Source: Bdellovibrionales bacterium (lineage in GTDB: Bacteria; Bdellovibrionota; UBA1018; CAIMNF01). From it: 64,000 bases of DNA. Position 1 is the stretch's first letter. The number at the start of each line of letters is the position of its first letter. The notes under the pieces are model-generated. The model was not told the DNA's origin. It searched no databases and saw only the letters and a program-made list of their open reading frames with translations. Shown here piece after piece: positions 48,393 through 57,439 of this stretch. The stretch lies in the NCBI GenBank assembly GCA_947462765.1, contig CANHQK010000002.1:38099-102098 (forward strand), given 5' to 3'. The position numbers were made by a program, and so were the translations under genes.

Positions 48393-49072
48393 GACGCATT
48401 CCTCAGTCGGTAGCCGAAACCCCGCACGGTCTCAATCAGATCGGAGTCCGTACCGAGTTTTTTCCGGATTCCGAGAAGGGTCGTGTCGACGGTCCGATCC
48501 ACCACGGCCACTCCCGGGCCTTGAATGAGAGCGACCAGTGTCGAGCGCTCAAGAGTGGTTCCCGGATTTTTGATCAGAGCGGCCAGGAGCTTGTATTCAT
48601 GGGGAGTCAGCGAGAGCTCTTTTTTTCTGAGAAAGATCCGGGTTCCCTTTTCATCAAGTTCGAGCAGGGGAGTTGTTGACTGTGCCAGTGTCGCATCGAT
48701 TACCGGTGTTGATCTCCGGAGCAATGCCCGAACCCGGGCGATGAACTCGCGGATTTCAAAGGGTTTGGTGAGGTAATCATCCGCGCCGATTTCCAGTCCG
48801 ATCACCTTGTCCAGCGTCTCTGCCCGGGCAGTGAGCAGCATCACCGGAGTTTGAGAGTGGAGTTCGGTTCTGATTTTCTTGCAGAGATCGAGACCGGACA
48901 TCCGGGGGAGCATCCAATCCAGGATCAGAAGGTCAAAAGAGCTCTTTTGGAGCGATAACCACGCCTCCTCGGCTTGTTCATATGCCTCGGTCTCATAACC
49001 CTCGCGTTTGAGATGGAGGACCAGGAGATCGCGGACATCGGATTCGTCCTCAAGCACCAAGACTCGCTTCAT
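48389..49072 (-). CDS. OmpR/PhoB family response regulator
   Basis: LEDE, ILDWMLP, LLTAR, GLEIGADDYLTKPF, winged helix DRTVD..IRKKL..IETVRGFGY. Confidence 0.93.
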   Translation of the reverse strand: MKRVLVLEDESDVRDLLVLHLKREGYETEAYEQAEEAWLSLQKSSFDLLILDWMLPRMSGLDLCKKIRTELHSQTPVMLLTARAETLDKVIGLEIGADDYLTKPFEIREFIARVRALLRRSTPVIDATLAQSTTPLLELDEKGTRIFLRKKELSLTPHEYKLLAALIKNPGTTLERSTLVALIQGPGVAVVDRTVDTTLLGIRKKLGTDSDLIETVRGFGYRLRNAS

Positions 49073-49805
49073 GCTTTATTTTTCGTCGATCTTGAAGATC
49101 CAGGCAAGGCGGTTTTTCGCCCTGGCGTAGGAACCAGGGGGTGAGTCGCTGGTTCCGGATTGCGTCAAAGATGTTTCTCTGGCTTTTTTCTGCTTCGATC
49201 AGAGTTTTCCAGGATTCGAATTGCTTCAAGTGATGGAGGTCCGAGTTGGCCAGAATGGGGAGTCCGGACTCCAGCACCTCCGGGTAGGTTTTACGACCGC
49301 TACCTACCTCCCAGGCATCAAAGTATTGGGCAAGAGTGCTGCGTTGGTTCCATAACTGGAGGGTCTGGGTTTCGAGATCGTCCGTCCCGAGAGGATGGGC
49401 TGCTACGGTAAGGGCCCCTTGGCCCCGGAGCACTTCTAGGCCCTCCGTAATCGAAAGATCGGGATTGATCCATTGGCTGATTCCGATCCCCAGGTAATGG
49501 GCTGAGTGCCGGTTCGAGAAGTGATTTTTGGTGATCTCCACTCCGGGCAGGACGAGCATCCTGTAGGTTCTCCATGCGCGATCGGCTTCCCGTTCGATTT
49601 CTTCCAAGTAGCGAGGAAAGCTCTGGCGAGTGAGGGTCCGCCCCAGAAAACGCGCCCCGAGCCCCAAAATGCTTGATTCCTCACAAAGATGGTCGGTGAT
49701 GGCAATGCAGTCGAATCCTGCTTTTCCGTAGTGATCCACCAGGTCTGCGATGCTGTGTTGGCCATCGCTGAAGTGACTGTGAATGTGGAAGTCGCACAGG
49801 AGCAT
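49050..49805 (-). CDS. PHP-domain phosphoesterase
   Basis: DFHIHSHFSDG, AITDH, GVEI, AAHP, ANSDLH metal ligands. Confidence 0.88.
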   Translation of the reverse strand: MLLCDFHIHSHFSDGQHSIADLVDHYGKAGFDCIAITDHLCEESSILGLGARFLGRTLTRQSFPRYLEEIEREADRAWRTYRMLVLPGVEITKNHFSNRHSAHYLGIGISQWINPDLSITEGLEVLRGQGALTVAAHPLGTDDLETQTLQLWNQRSTLAQYFDAWEVGSGRKTYPEVLESGLPILANSDLHHLKQFESWKTLIEAEKSQRNIFDAIRNQRLTPWFLRQGEKPPCLDLQDRRKIKHEASLGA

Positions 49806-49862
49806 GGATCCAGCTTGCCTCAGGCCCGGACCGGACAGGGTCAGTCCTTCATGGGCATTCGG

Positions 49863-51293
49863 TCAGACTCCGGTCAGAGAACGGAGTAGCAAGAAAAGCC
49901 CGCAAGAAAGGGCGAGAGTGACAGGAAAGGTTAGGACCCACGCCAATCCGATCGACCGCACCATGGATTTCTGGATCTGATAACCCGAGGCCACCATGGT
50001 CCCGGCAATTCCGGACGAAAGGCAGTGGGTGGTGCTCACCGGTACGCCCACCAGAGAAGAGGCTCCGATCATTCCCATTGCGACAGTCTGGGAAACCGCC
50101 CCTTGCGCGTAGGTCATTTTACCGCTTCCTATCTTTTCTCCCAGGGTTTCGGCAACGCGTTTCCAGCCCACGGTTGTTCCAAGACCGAGTGAAAGCGCCA
50201 CGATGACGAGCACCCACCATGGTGAATACTCGACGAATCCGACGAGATTCTTACGGAGAGAACGAAGAGAGTCGAGCGCATAACCTTGTTTTTCGAGTTT
50301 TTTGAATTCTGACTCGAGTGAATAGATCTGCTTCCGGAGCGATAGTTTCTCCTCGGAGCTCAGGGTCGAAGCGTTGGCTTTCAGGAGCGTTTCCCGGATC
50401 TCACGTGAAATACCAATTGAGACTTTGGCAGATTCAGGAAGGAGATCTGGATTGGCGTGCGCAGATGGAACAAGCGAAACCCCATTTTTGGGTCCCTCTG
50501 CAATGTGCTTCAGAAGTGAAGACTCGAGGGATGCCAGTCCGCTCAGCGTGGCATCTTGGTTCTTGAGTAGCGCCTCTGGAGAGAGGGCGAAGTGGGCAGG
50601 CATGACCGCGATCAGGATCAGCATGATCAGTCCGACCCCTTTTTGGCCGTCATTGGAACCGTGTGCCAGGCTGACTCCGGTGCTCGATCCGATCAGGGTG
50701 AGGCGCGTCCAGAGCGGAGGGGGGCTGTCGCTCTGATCGGCTGATGCGCGAACATCGACCTTACGGGACAAGAGAAAGAGGGCCAGGGCGGCGATGCTGA
50801 ACCCAAGAAGTGGCGAAATCAAGAGTGAGCCACCAATTTCCATGGTCTTGGTCCAATTGACGCCTGCGGACGCAGGAAGGCCCTGTGAAAGGGCGTTTCC
50901 GACACCGACTCCGATCAATCCGCCAATGAGAGCATGAGAGCTAGAGGCGGGCAACCCGATGTACCAGGTTGCAAAATTCCATACACAGGATGCGATCAAC
51001 ATCGAAAAAACCGTGATCAAGGTCAGGGCAGTGTTCCCGGAGGCGATGAGCTCCATCGGGAGGAGCTTCACAATTCCCATGGCCACCGAGATTCCGCCTG
51101 CGAACACACCGATGAAATTGCACACGGCCGACCACAGCACCGCCTGGGAAGGGCGGAGTGAACGGGTGTAGATCACGGTTGCGACCGAGTTTGCAGTGTC
51201 GTGAAACCCGTTGATGAACTCGAACAGGCAGGCGATTCCGACTGCGACCAATAGGAGGAGAAGAGAGTGCTCGGAAATGACCTGGGCTAGCAT
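49863..51293 (-). CDS. Inorganic phosphate transporter (PiT family)
   Basis: FEFINGFHDTANSVAT, PASSSHALIG, AHGSNDGQK, PVSTTHCLSS signatures. Confidence 0.95.
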   Translation of the reverse strand: MLAQVISEHSLLLLLVAVGIACLFEFINGFHDTANSVATVIYTRSLRPSQAVLWSAVCNFIGVFAGGISVAMGIVKLLPMELIASGNTALTLITVFSMLIASCVWNFATWYIGLPASSSHALIGGLIGVGVGNALSQGLPASAGVNWTKTMEIGGSLLISPLLGFSIAALALFLLSRKVDVRASADQSDSPPPLWTRLTLIGSSTGVSLAHGSNDGQKGVGLIMLILIAVMPAHFALSPEALLKNQDATLSGLASLESSLLKHIAEGPKNGVSLVPSAHANPDLLPESAKVSIGISREIRETLLKANASTLSSEEKLSLRKQIYSLESEFKKLEKQGYALDSLRSLRKNLVGFVEYSPWWVLVIVALSLGLGTTVGWKRVAETLGEKIGSGKMTYAQGAVSQTVAMGMIGASSLVGVPVSTTHCLSSGIAGTMVASGYQIQKSMVRSIGLAWVLTFPVTLALSCGLFLLLRSLTGV

Positions 51294-51329
51294 GGCCCGA
51301 ATGATCACCCTAATTGAATAAAAAGTCCC

Positions 51330-51347
51330 GTCAGGGTTTTGTCAGGG
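51330..51347. promoter_or_regulatory. Pho-box-like direct repeat upstream of the PiT gene
   Basis: GTCAGGG at 51330 and 51341 (11-bp period), resembling CTGTCAT-N4-CTGTCAT. Confidence 0.5.
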
Positions 51348-51388
51348 CTCCGATGGCCATGCGTCAAAGCCGGTACATTAAACGGCTT

Positions 51389-52306
51389 TCATTTCATTCC
51401 GGGAAGTAAGTCCATCAAGGCCTCAAAGCTTTGCAGGTGCCGGACCCGCTCTGAGTCCGGAGACGTCAGGTCCTGAAATCCCCTTCCAGCGACCCAAAGC
51501 TGGCTGAACTGGGGAAGGTGCCGGGTCAGAAATGAAACGAGTTTCAGGGGGTCTTCGACAGGGCCCTCTCCGTGCTTGAGTGTGGAGCTCAGCAGGATGT
51601 GGCTCGCTCCATAACGAAGAGCGGTCTCACACAGTTCTTGTTTCGGTACGTGAGGCCCGAGGTACAGACTCGAGATGCCCCGGAGACTCAATGCGGTGTA
51701 AGCGATCAGCAACCCGAGCTCGTGATGGTCGCCTTCCGGTGTGCAAAGGAGGAAGCGCGAAGACGCTTTTTTCCTGGAGTGGGGATGGGCGCGTAGTCGC
51801 GCAAGTTCCTCTTTCATCAGGGAAGAGTAGATATGCTCGAGCGAGATCGAGATCCTTCCGAGGGCAATGCGACGGTTCAGCTCCCTCAGAAAAGGGAGCA
51901 AAACGGAATTCAAGAAGTCCTCGCCGCTTCTCTGATTCCGCTCTTTCTCAAGCGTTCGGGATATCTCACTCCAGGCAAATCGCTCGCCGCCCTCGAAAAT
52001 CTTCCTGATCACCTTGGGAGTTTCGGTGAGGGCGGTTTCTTCCGAATGAGGTGAGCTCAAAAGACTTCGCAAGCGGAGCTCACCAAGTGGCGCAATGTCA
52101 CCGATACGATGGCCCAGCGCCACGAGGTCCCTCAGGAGGTTCAGTCTCACCACGTCCTCGGTCCGGTATAGGCGACGGCCCGTCTCGGTGCGGAGGGGGG
52201 TCACGGCCCCGTACCTGCCTTCCCATCCGCGTAAAGTAAACTCTGAGAGTCCCGTCAATTCGGCGACCTCCCGTAAGGAAAAGCGGGTTGTGACTTGCGG
52301 ACTCAT
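51389..52306 (-). CDS. MerR-family regulator with cobalamin-binding domain (CarH/LitR-like)
   Basis: MerR HTH (EVAELTGL..TLRGWEGRYG..P.RT.TGRRLY), EH, PEGDHHELG, YLGPHVP, LSST. Confidence 0.9.
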   Translation of the reverse strand: MSPQVTTRFSLREVAELTGLSEFTLRGWEGRYGAVTPLRTETGRRLYRTEDVVRLNLLRDLVALGHRIGDIAPLGELRLRSLLSSPHSEETALTETPKVIRKIFEGGERFAWSEISRTLEKERNQRSGEDFLNSVLLPFLRELNRRIALGRISISLEHIYSSLMKEELARLRAHPHSRKKASSRFLLCTPEGDHHELGLLIAYTALSLRGISSLYLGPHVPKQELCETALRYGASHILLSSTLKHGEGPVEDPLKLVSFLTRHLPQFSQLWVAGRGFQDLTSPDSERVRHLQSFEALMDLLPGMK

Positions 52307-52337
52307 GGATAACAAGAGCTTAGATGGGTCGGGATGT

Positions 52338-52361
52338 TTTGTATAGATATTTCTATACAAA
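52338..52361. promoter_or_regulatory. Perfect inverted repeat, probable CarH/LitR operator between divergent regulator and folE
   Basis: TTTGTATAGA-TATT-TCTATACAAA. Confidence 0.7.
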
Positions 52362-52389
52362 CGAGATCCAGGGGTGTAGATTGAAGGAC

Positions 52390-52980
52390 ATGCAAACTGA
52401 GACTACGAACTGGAATTTTTCGGCTGCTCAGAACTCTTTTGAGCGTTTGTGTTCCCAAGCCCTGATGGAAATCGGCGAAGATCCGACGCGTGAAGGACTG
52501 GTGCGCACCCCGCATCGCTTCCGGAAGGCGCTCCATGAGCTCACTCGGGGTTATTCCATGACCGCACGGGAAGCGGTGGGAGAAGGGATTTTCGAGTCGG
52601 AGTCCTCCGGTCCTGTGTTTGTGAAAGAGATCGAATTCTTCAGTTTGTGTGAACATCATTTGTTGCCTTTTTGGGGCAAAGTGACGATCGGATACCTTCC
52701 TGAGGACAAGATCCTCGGGCTCTCCAAGCTTGCAAGAGTGGTGGAAGTGTTCGCCCGGCGTTTGCAGGTGCAGGAACGACTCACTCGCGAAATCGCGGAC
52801 TCCATTTCCGAGCTGATCGGGGCACGCGCGGTATCGGTGATCGTCGAGGCTTCTCACATGTGCATGGCCATGCGTGGGGTGAACAAGCCCGGCTCAATGA
52901 CCCGCACCGAATTCAATCTGGGTCTAGAAAACCTGAATGAGCTCGATCGGAATCGATTCTTGAAGGGAATGGATTCCTGA
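52390..52980 (+). CDS. folE: GTP cyclohydrolase I
   Basis: IGEDPTREGL.RTP.R, SLCEHHLLPF, GLSKLAR, RRLQVQERLT, HMCMAMRGV. Confidence 0.96.
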   Translation: MQTETTNWNFSAAQNSFERLCSQALMEIGEDPTREGLVRTPHRFRKALHELTRGYSMTAREAVGEGIFESESSGPVFVKEIEFFSLCEHHLLPFWGKVTIGYLPEDKILGLSKLARVVEVFARRLQVQERLTREIADSISELIGARAVSVIVEASHMCMAMRGVNKPGSMTRTEFNLGLENLNELDRNRFLKGMDS

Positions 52981-54182
52981 AGCCGGTATTGCTCTGGGTC
53001 CAGCGGTCTCTCCGCTTTCATGACCATCCTGCACTGAATGCCGCGTTGCTGGAGACAGGCAGGGATAGCCGTTTCATCGAGGTCTGGATGCCTCCTTTGG
53101 GAGACCCGGGCCCTCACAGGCGTCGTTTTGAAGAGGAGGCCCGGGAGGAGTTTTGCCAGCGCTTATACGAGCTCGGGGTGGTTGTGCTGACTCATCCCCC
53201 GGATGGGTCGCGCTATTCATCGGTTTTTTTGGATGAAGGCGGGTGCCTACACAATCGAAAGGAAGCGCTGGAAGTCCAGTTGATGGCATCGCGGCTCGAA
53301 TTACCGTTCCACAGATCAAGTGCCAATCTCCTGTTCTCAACACTCCCTGTTTCCGATCGCAAGTCGCTCCGAACTTTCACTGACTTCAGGAAAGCGGTTT
53401 CACAGTCTCCCGTTCCCCCTGAGGATAGCCCTGTCTCAAACGCCCGGTTGTTGAATCAGCCTCGACGTGTAACCGATGCTGACCCGAGATCCGTGTTTCC
53501 TTATCGTGGTGCTGAGTCAGATGCGCTGGCACATTTGAGACACTATCTTTCGAGTCCGGAACGGGTCCACTCTTACAAGGCGACGAGGAATCGTCTCCTG
53601 GGTATAGATGATTCGTCTAAGCTTTCTCCCTTTTTGGCTACGGGTGCTCTCTCGGTCAGAGCAGTGTGGTCTGAGTTGCTCCGATTCGAACAGGAGCATG
53701 GAGTCAGTGATGGAACCGAGTGGCTCAAGTTCGAGTTGCTCTGGCGGGAGTATTTCAGATGGCTCGAATTGGACTCGGGAGAGACTTTCTACTCTCCCGG
53801 GGGCTCCAGGGGAGTTTTACCGCCTCCTTCTACCGAGGATCGGGAGCTCTTTCTCAAGTGGACGCGTGGAGAAACCGGGATCCCTTTCATCGATGCCAAT
53901 TTGAGAGAGCTGAACCTCACCGGCTTCATGTCGAACCGGGGAAGACAGAACGTGGCCTCTCATTTTATCCATGAGCTCTGTCTGCCCTGGTGGTGGGGGG
54001 CGGATTATTTCTCAAAAATGCTGGTGGACTCGGATCCTGCCCAAAATTACGGGAATTGGTCCTATTTGGCGGGTGTGGGAGCGGATCCTCGGAGCTTCGG
54101 AGGCCAAGCGCGTAAGTTCGATCTCGTGCGCCAGGTGCGTGAGTATGATCCGGATGGCGAATACCAAAGGACTTGGCTTTAG
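52977..54182 (+). CDS. Cryptochrome/photolyase, DASH-like
   Basis: W..RSLRFHDHPAL, SYKATRN.L.G.D.SSKLSPFLA.G, ELLWREYF, GFMSNRGRQNVAS, NYGNWSYLAGVGADPR; start either CTG 52977 or TTG 52989. Confidence 0.9.
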   Translation: MKPVLLWVQRSLRFHDHPALNAALLETGRDSRFIEVWMPPLGDPGPHRRRFEEEAREEFCQRLYELGVVVLTHPPDGSRYSSVFLDEGGCLHNRKEALEVQLMASRLELPFHRSSANLLFSTLPVSDRKSLRTFTDFRKAVSQSPVPPEDSPVSNARLLNQPRRVTDADPRSVFPYRGAESDALAHLRHYLSSPERVHSYKATRNRLLGIDDSSKLSPFLATGALSVRAVWSELLRFEQEHGVSDGTEWLKFELLWREYFRWLELDSGETFYSPGGSRGVLPPPSTEDRELFLKWTRGETGIPFIDANLRELNLTGFMSNRGRQNVASHFIHELCLPWWWGADYFSKMLVDSDPAQNYGNWSYLAGVGADPRSFGGQARKFDLVRQVREYDPDGEYQRTWL

Positions 54183-54535
54183 CGGACGCCAGTCCCGCGG
54201 AGGAAAACGGTCAGAATGGATTCATTGGTCTGGATCTGGGCAGTTTGCAGTTCAGTCCCTTCGAAGCGAGGAAGGTATTGAATCATTCCATTGCACACTT
54301 GTCCGGCAGGGAGGACTCCGGGGCATTGGAGCTGGCACCAAAACGATCCGAAGGTCGAACATCCGAAAATCCGCACGGGGTTCGGTCCCCAATTCTGAAT
54401 CGATACCCACCGAGTATTCGGAAAGCCGAGTCTGACCCAACCGTAATCCAAAGACGGGGGAGACACGGTCACCATGGCCGAGACAGCAGATGGAAAAAAT
54501 GCCAAAGTCAAAACGAAAAGGGATTTCAGTCTCAT
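54179..54535 (-). CDS. Small secreted Ig-like (ASH / choice-of-anchor-D-like) domain protein
   Basis: Signal peptide ending VSA, VSPPSLDYG.V, IQNWG, C..VLPAGQVC, LRGTG pattern. Confidence 0.65.
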   Translation of the reverse strand: MRLKSLFVLTLAFFPSAVSAMVTVSPPSLDYGWVRLGFPNTRWVSIQNWGPNPVRIFGCSTFGSFWCQLQCPGVLPAGQVCNGMIQYLPRFEGTELQTAQIQTNESILTVFLRGTGVR

Positions 54536-54592
54536 GCCTGAAACTCTATCGTGGGCTCCATCAGAATGCAAATTACCCTCTCCTGACGGGTT

Positions 54593-57373
54593 TCAGTGGG
54601 CTTTCCGGATCCCTTGCCCGGTAGGGAAGTAGAGGGCTCCATCGGCCAGGACCACTATCTTGAAATAGCCCGCACTTTCGACTGGGGATACGCCTGCCCG
54701 ATGAAGGACTCCATCCAAATCTGCAAATGCGTTCGTATCCTGGGTGAAGCCCGAGAGAGAACTGACCGTGTCGGTACCGTGATTGAACTCCCGGATCCCA
54801 TAACTGTCGTAGATGAAAAAGATCTCATCTCCCGAACCGATATCATAATGGTAGTTCATGGCCTTGATCTGATGGAATCTCGCTACCCCTGCGGTGCCAT
54901 CCACCGTAAGGGTGCCCCCCGGGGCTCCAGCTAAAAGGGAAACTGTTTGGGTGGTCAAATCGAGTAGCCTGACCGAGAACTGATCGGTCACGATCAATTG
55001 GTTGGCCGCACCTCTCACTGCGATTCCAGTGATGGCCCAGAACCGAGCTCCGGCAAAAGGACCTTGAATGAATCCCAAGCTTGCGGCATTTCCTGCCACA
55101 GTGGTCACCGCATTGGTAACTAAATCGAGTTTTCTGACCGCATAGTTATCGCCAAAATACAGGTCGTTTCCGATCACCGTCGGAAAGTTCGCATTTTGTA
55201 AAATAGCGGCTGGCCCCACGCCATCTGTAATGGGGTTTCGAGTACTTGAGCCAACAAGCGTCACCACGTCAAAAGTGGGGGAGCTTAGATCCACTCTGCG
55301 GATACGACCTCCGTCACCCACGTACAGATAAGATCCAACCAAGGCCCCCGCAGAAATTTCAGGGCTGAAGCGAGCGGTACCACTGACACCACCGGTTCCG
55401 TCAGTTGCCACGCATTGGCCAGGATCGAAACTCAGGTTGTTGTATCCAGCAATGACGCTGACAGCTCCAGTATTGGTGTCGAGTCTCCGGATATTGCAGT
55501 GGGACTTATCACCGACATAGAGGATCGATCCGGCTCCTGCAATGATTGTCATGCTTTTTCCCCGAAGGGTATTCGCATCAGTCCCGCCGTAGTCATAGCC
55601 GTTTGATCCCCCGAGGGTGGTGATCACGCCGGTGTCGATATCGGCCTTTCGAAGCAGGTGGGTGTGTTGTTCGGTAAAGTAGAGAGTATTGCCGATGGCC
55701 GTCAGCCCGCGTCCTCCGTTCACGGATCCGACTCCAGCTCCTCCATCGCGGCTCACGTAAATCATGTTGGAGAACTCGGTTGTTGCGGAATACGATGGGG
55801 AAATTGCGAATTTTCGAAAATAACTAGTTTGAGCACTGTGGAAGGCATAAATCCAAGATCCAACTTGAACCATGTTCTCTTGGCCATATGCGGAAGCCTG
55901 AATCGTCGTGATGGCTCGTGTATTCGTGTTCATGAGTTTCACTCGACCCAATTCTCCAACGATCAGATTCCCGTCGGGCAACACATGCAGGCCCCCTTGG
56001 TTCAGGTTGAATCTCGCGGCTAAGCCGACTCCGTCAGAATGTCCGGTCTGTGAAAGATCCCCGGCAATGAGCTGGGTGTTCAGTGTCTCCAGATCCGCCT
56101 GCCAAATGCTCGACAGGTTCGAAAAATACAAGCGACGTAAGACCGGGTCGATTCGCAAATGGACCAGGCCTGGAATGCGAGCTGCGATGCCCACTCCATT
56201 CATATTCCCGGAATTCTGGCAGCTGCCGATCAGGGTATCGACCATCAAGGTCGAGAGATTCATTCGACGGATGCAAGACCCATGGGTGAAATAGAGATGG
56301 GTGGAGTCCGCGGCCAGATCAGAAAGTCCCCCCCCTGTTCTGAGTAGAGGGCCGTAGCCGTCCCGGTAAAAGGGCGACAACTGATCATGAGGATTTCCCA
56401 CCACGGTCACCATTTGTCCGGTAGCGGGGGTGTACTTTCGGATCAGATTGTACGGACCATCGATCAAATAGACATGGGTTCCGTCGTTCGTCATCCGGCT
56501 CGGAGACTTCAGGCGAATCTGGTCGATGCCGTTTCCGTCTGAGAATCCCATCGGATTCATCTTCCCTGCCACAGTTGAAATCTGTGTGAAACGGGATGAG
56601 AAAGATACCTGAGCAGAGACACTCAAGTTCAGGGGGGCGCCGATCAGGGCTGTGAAAGTCTCGACCCCTGTTGCGGTGGATTTCAAATAAAAGTTAACCG
56701 TGCTTTGTCGGGCCGGGATGGTCAAGTTGGTGGTGGCATTCAAGCAAGCCGGATCGGTATAGAGCGTACGGCCTGCACCGAGAGTGATATTCGCCACTGC
56801 GTCGGAGAGTAAGAACTCCGGAAGATAATTCGAGTTCCTGAGTTGGAGGCGGTAAGGACCGGCGCAGGCGCTGACTGCGGCGGCCCTGGGACCCAGGATG
56901 GCCAGACTCATGACGGGAGCGGGATCGGCGACTACGGGTAAGGAAGCTTGGGTCAGTGAAGTGCTGGGAGCTTCCGCGCTCAGAACCGGTGTTTCTTCTC
57001 CGCGAGTTGGGTAGTAATAGACGGGCAAGGTGCTCACGCCTGCAGCCAGGGTGATCGAATTGGTCCGAGTTCCTGAATTGCAATCGGATGCAGTGTGGAA
57101 GGTTCCATCTCCACTGGTGCGCAGGAGTACGGTAGTGTCTTCAGAAACGGCACGATCGTTGGAATGCTCATCTTGAGTTCTGACGGTCAGTCCGCTGCAA
57201 GTCAGGGCCGGGTAGCTCATGGCTCCGGATAAAACAATTTTCCGCGGGGTCGTCACGACTGGGCTCGAGGGTGAGGAAACAGAAAGTCTCCCACCAAAGT
57301 CGGCCGAACGGATTCTACCGCAGCCGACGAGCATCATGGACAAAATGATCGAGTGCACCCACCCACGAAACAC
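54593..57373 (-). CDS. Large lipoprotein with Ig-like domains and NHL-type beta-propeller repeats
   Basis: Lipobox LVG|C; repeated G..DG.G.AARF, LY..D, IR..D..T..V.T.AG units. Confidence 0.8.
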   Translation of the reverse strand: MFRGWVHSIILSMMLVGCGRIRSADFGGRLSVSSPSSPVVTTPRKIVLSGAMSYPALTCSGLTVRTQDEHSNDRAVSEDTTVLLRTSGDGTFHTASDCNSGTRTNSITLAAGVSTLPVYYYPTRGEETPVLSAEAPSTSLTQASLPVVADPAPVMSLAILGPRAAAVSACAGPYRLQLRNSNYLPEFLLSDAVANITLGAGRTLYTDPACLNATTNLTIPARQSTVNFYLKSTATGVETFTALIGAPLNLSVSAQVSFSSRFTQISTVAGKMNPMGFSDGNGIDQIRLKSPSRMTNDGTHVYLIDGPYNLIRKYTPATGQMVTVVGNPHDQLSPFYRDGYGPLLRTGGGLSDLAADSTHLYFTHGSCIRRMNLSTLMVDTLIGSCQNSGNMNGVGIAARIPGLVHLRIDPVLRRLYFSNLSSIWQADLETLNTQLIAGDLSQTGHSDGVGLAARFNLNQGGLHVLPDGNLIVGELGRVKLMNTNTRAITTIQASAYGQENMVQVGSWIYAFHSAQTSYFRKFAISPSYSATTEFSNMIYVSRDGGAGVGSVNGGRGLTAIGNTLYFTEQHTHLLRKADIDTGVITTLGGSNGYDYGGTDANTLRGKSMTIIAGAGSILYVGDKSHCNIRRLDTNTGAVSVIAGYNNLSFDPGQCVATDGTGGVSGTARFSPEISAGALVGSYLYVGDGGRIRRVDLSSPTFDVVTLVGSSTRNPITDGVGPAAILQNANFPTVIGNDLYFGDNYAVRKLDLVTNAVTTVAGNAASLGFIQGPFAGARFWAITGIAVRGAANQLIVTDQFSVRLLDLTTQTVSLLAGAPGGTLTVDGTAGVARFHQIKAMNYHYDIGSGDEIFFIYDSYGIREFNHGTDTVSSLSGFTQDTNAFADLDGVLHRAGVSPVESAGYFKIVVLADGALYFPTGQGIRKAH

Positions 57374-57439
57374 CGCTTTGATCCCCCTCAGAATAGTATG
57401 TCATTGACCTTTGTTGACGACTACTGTGTCAGCTTTGAC

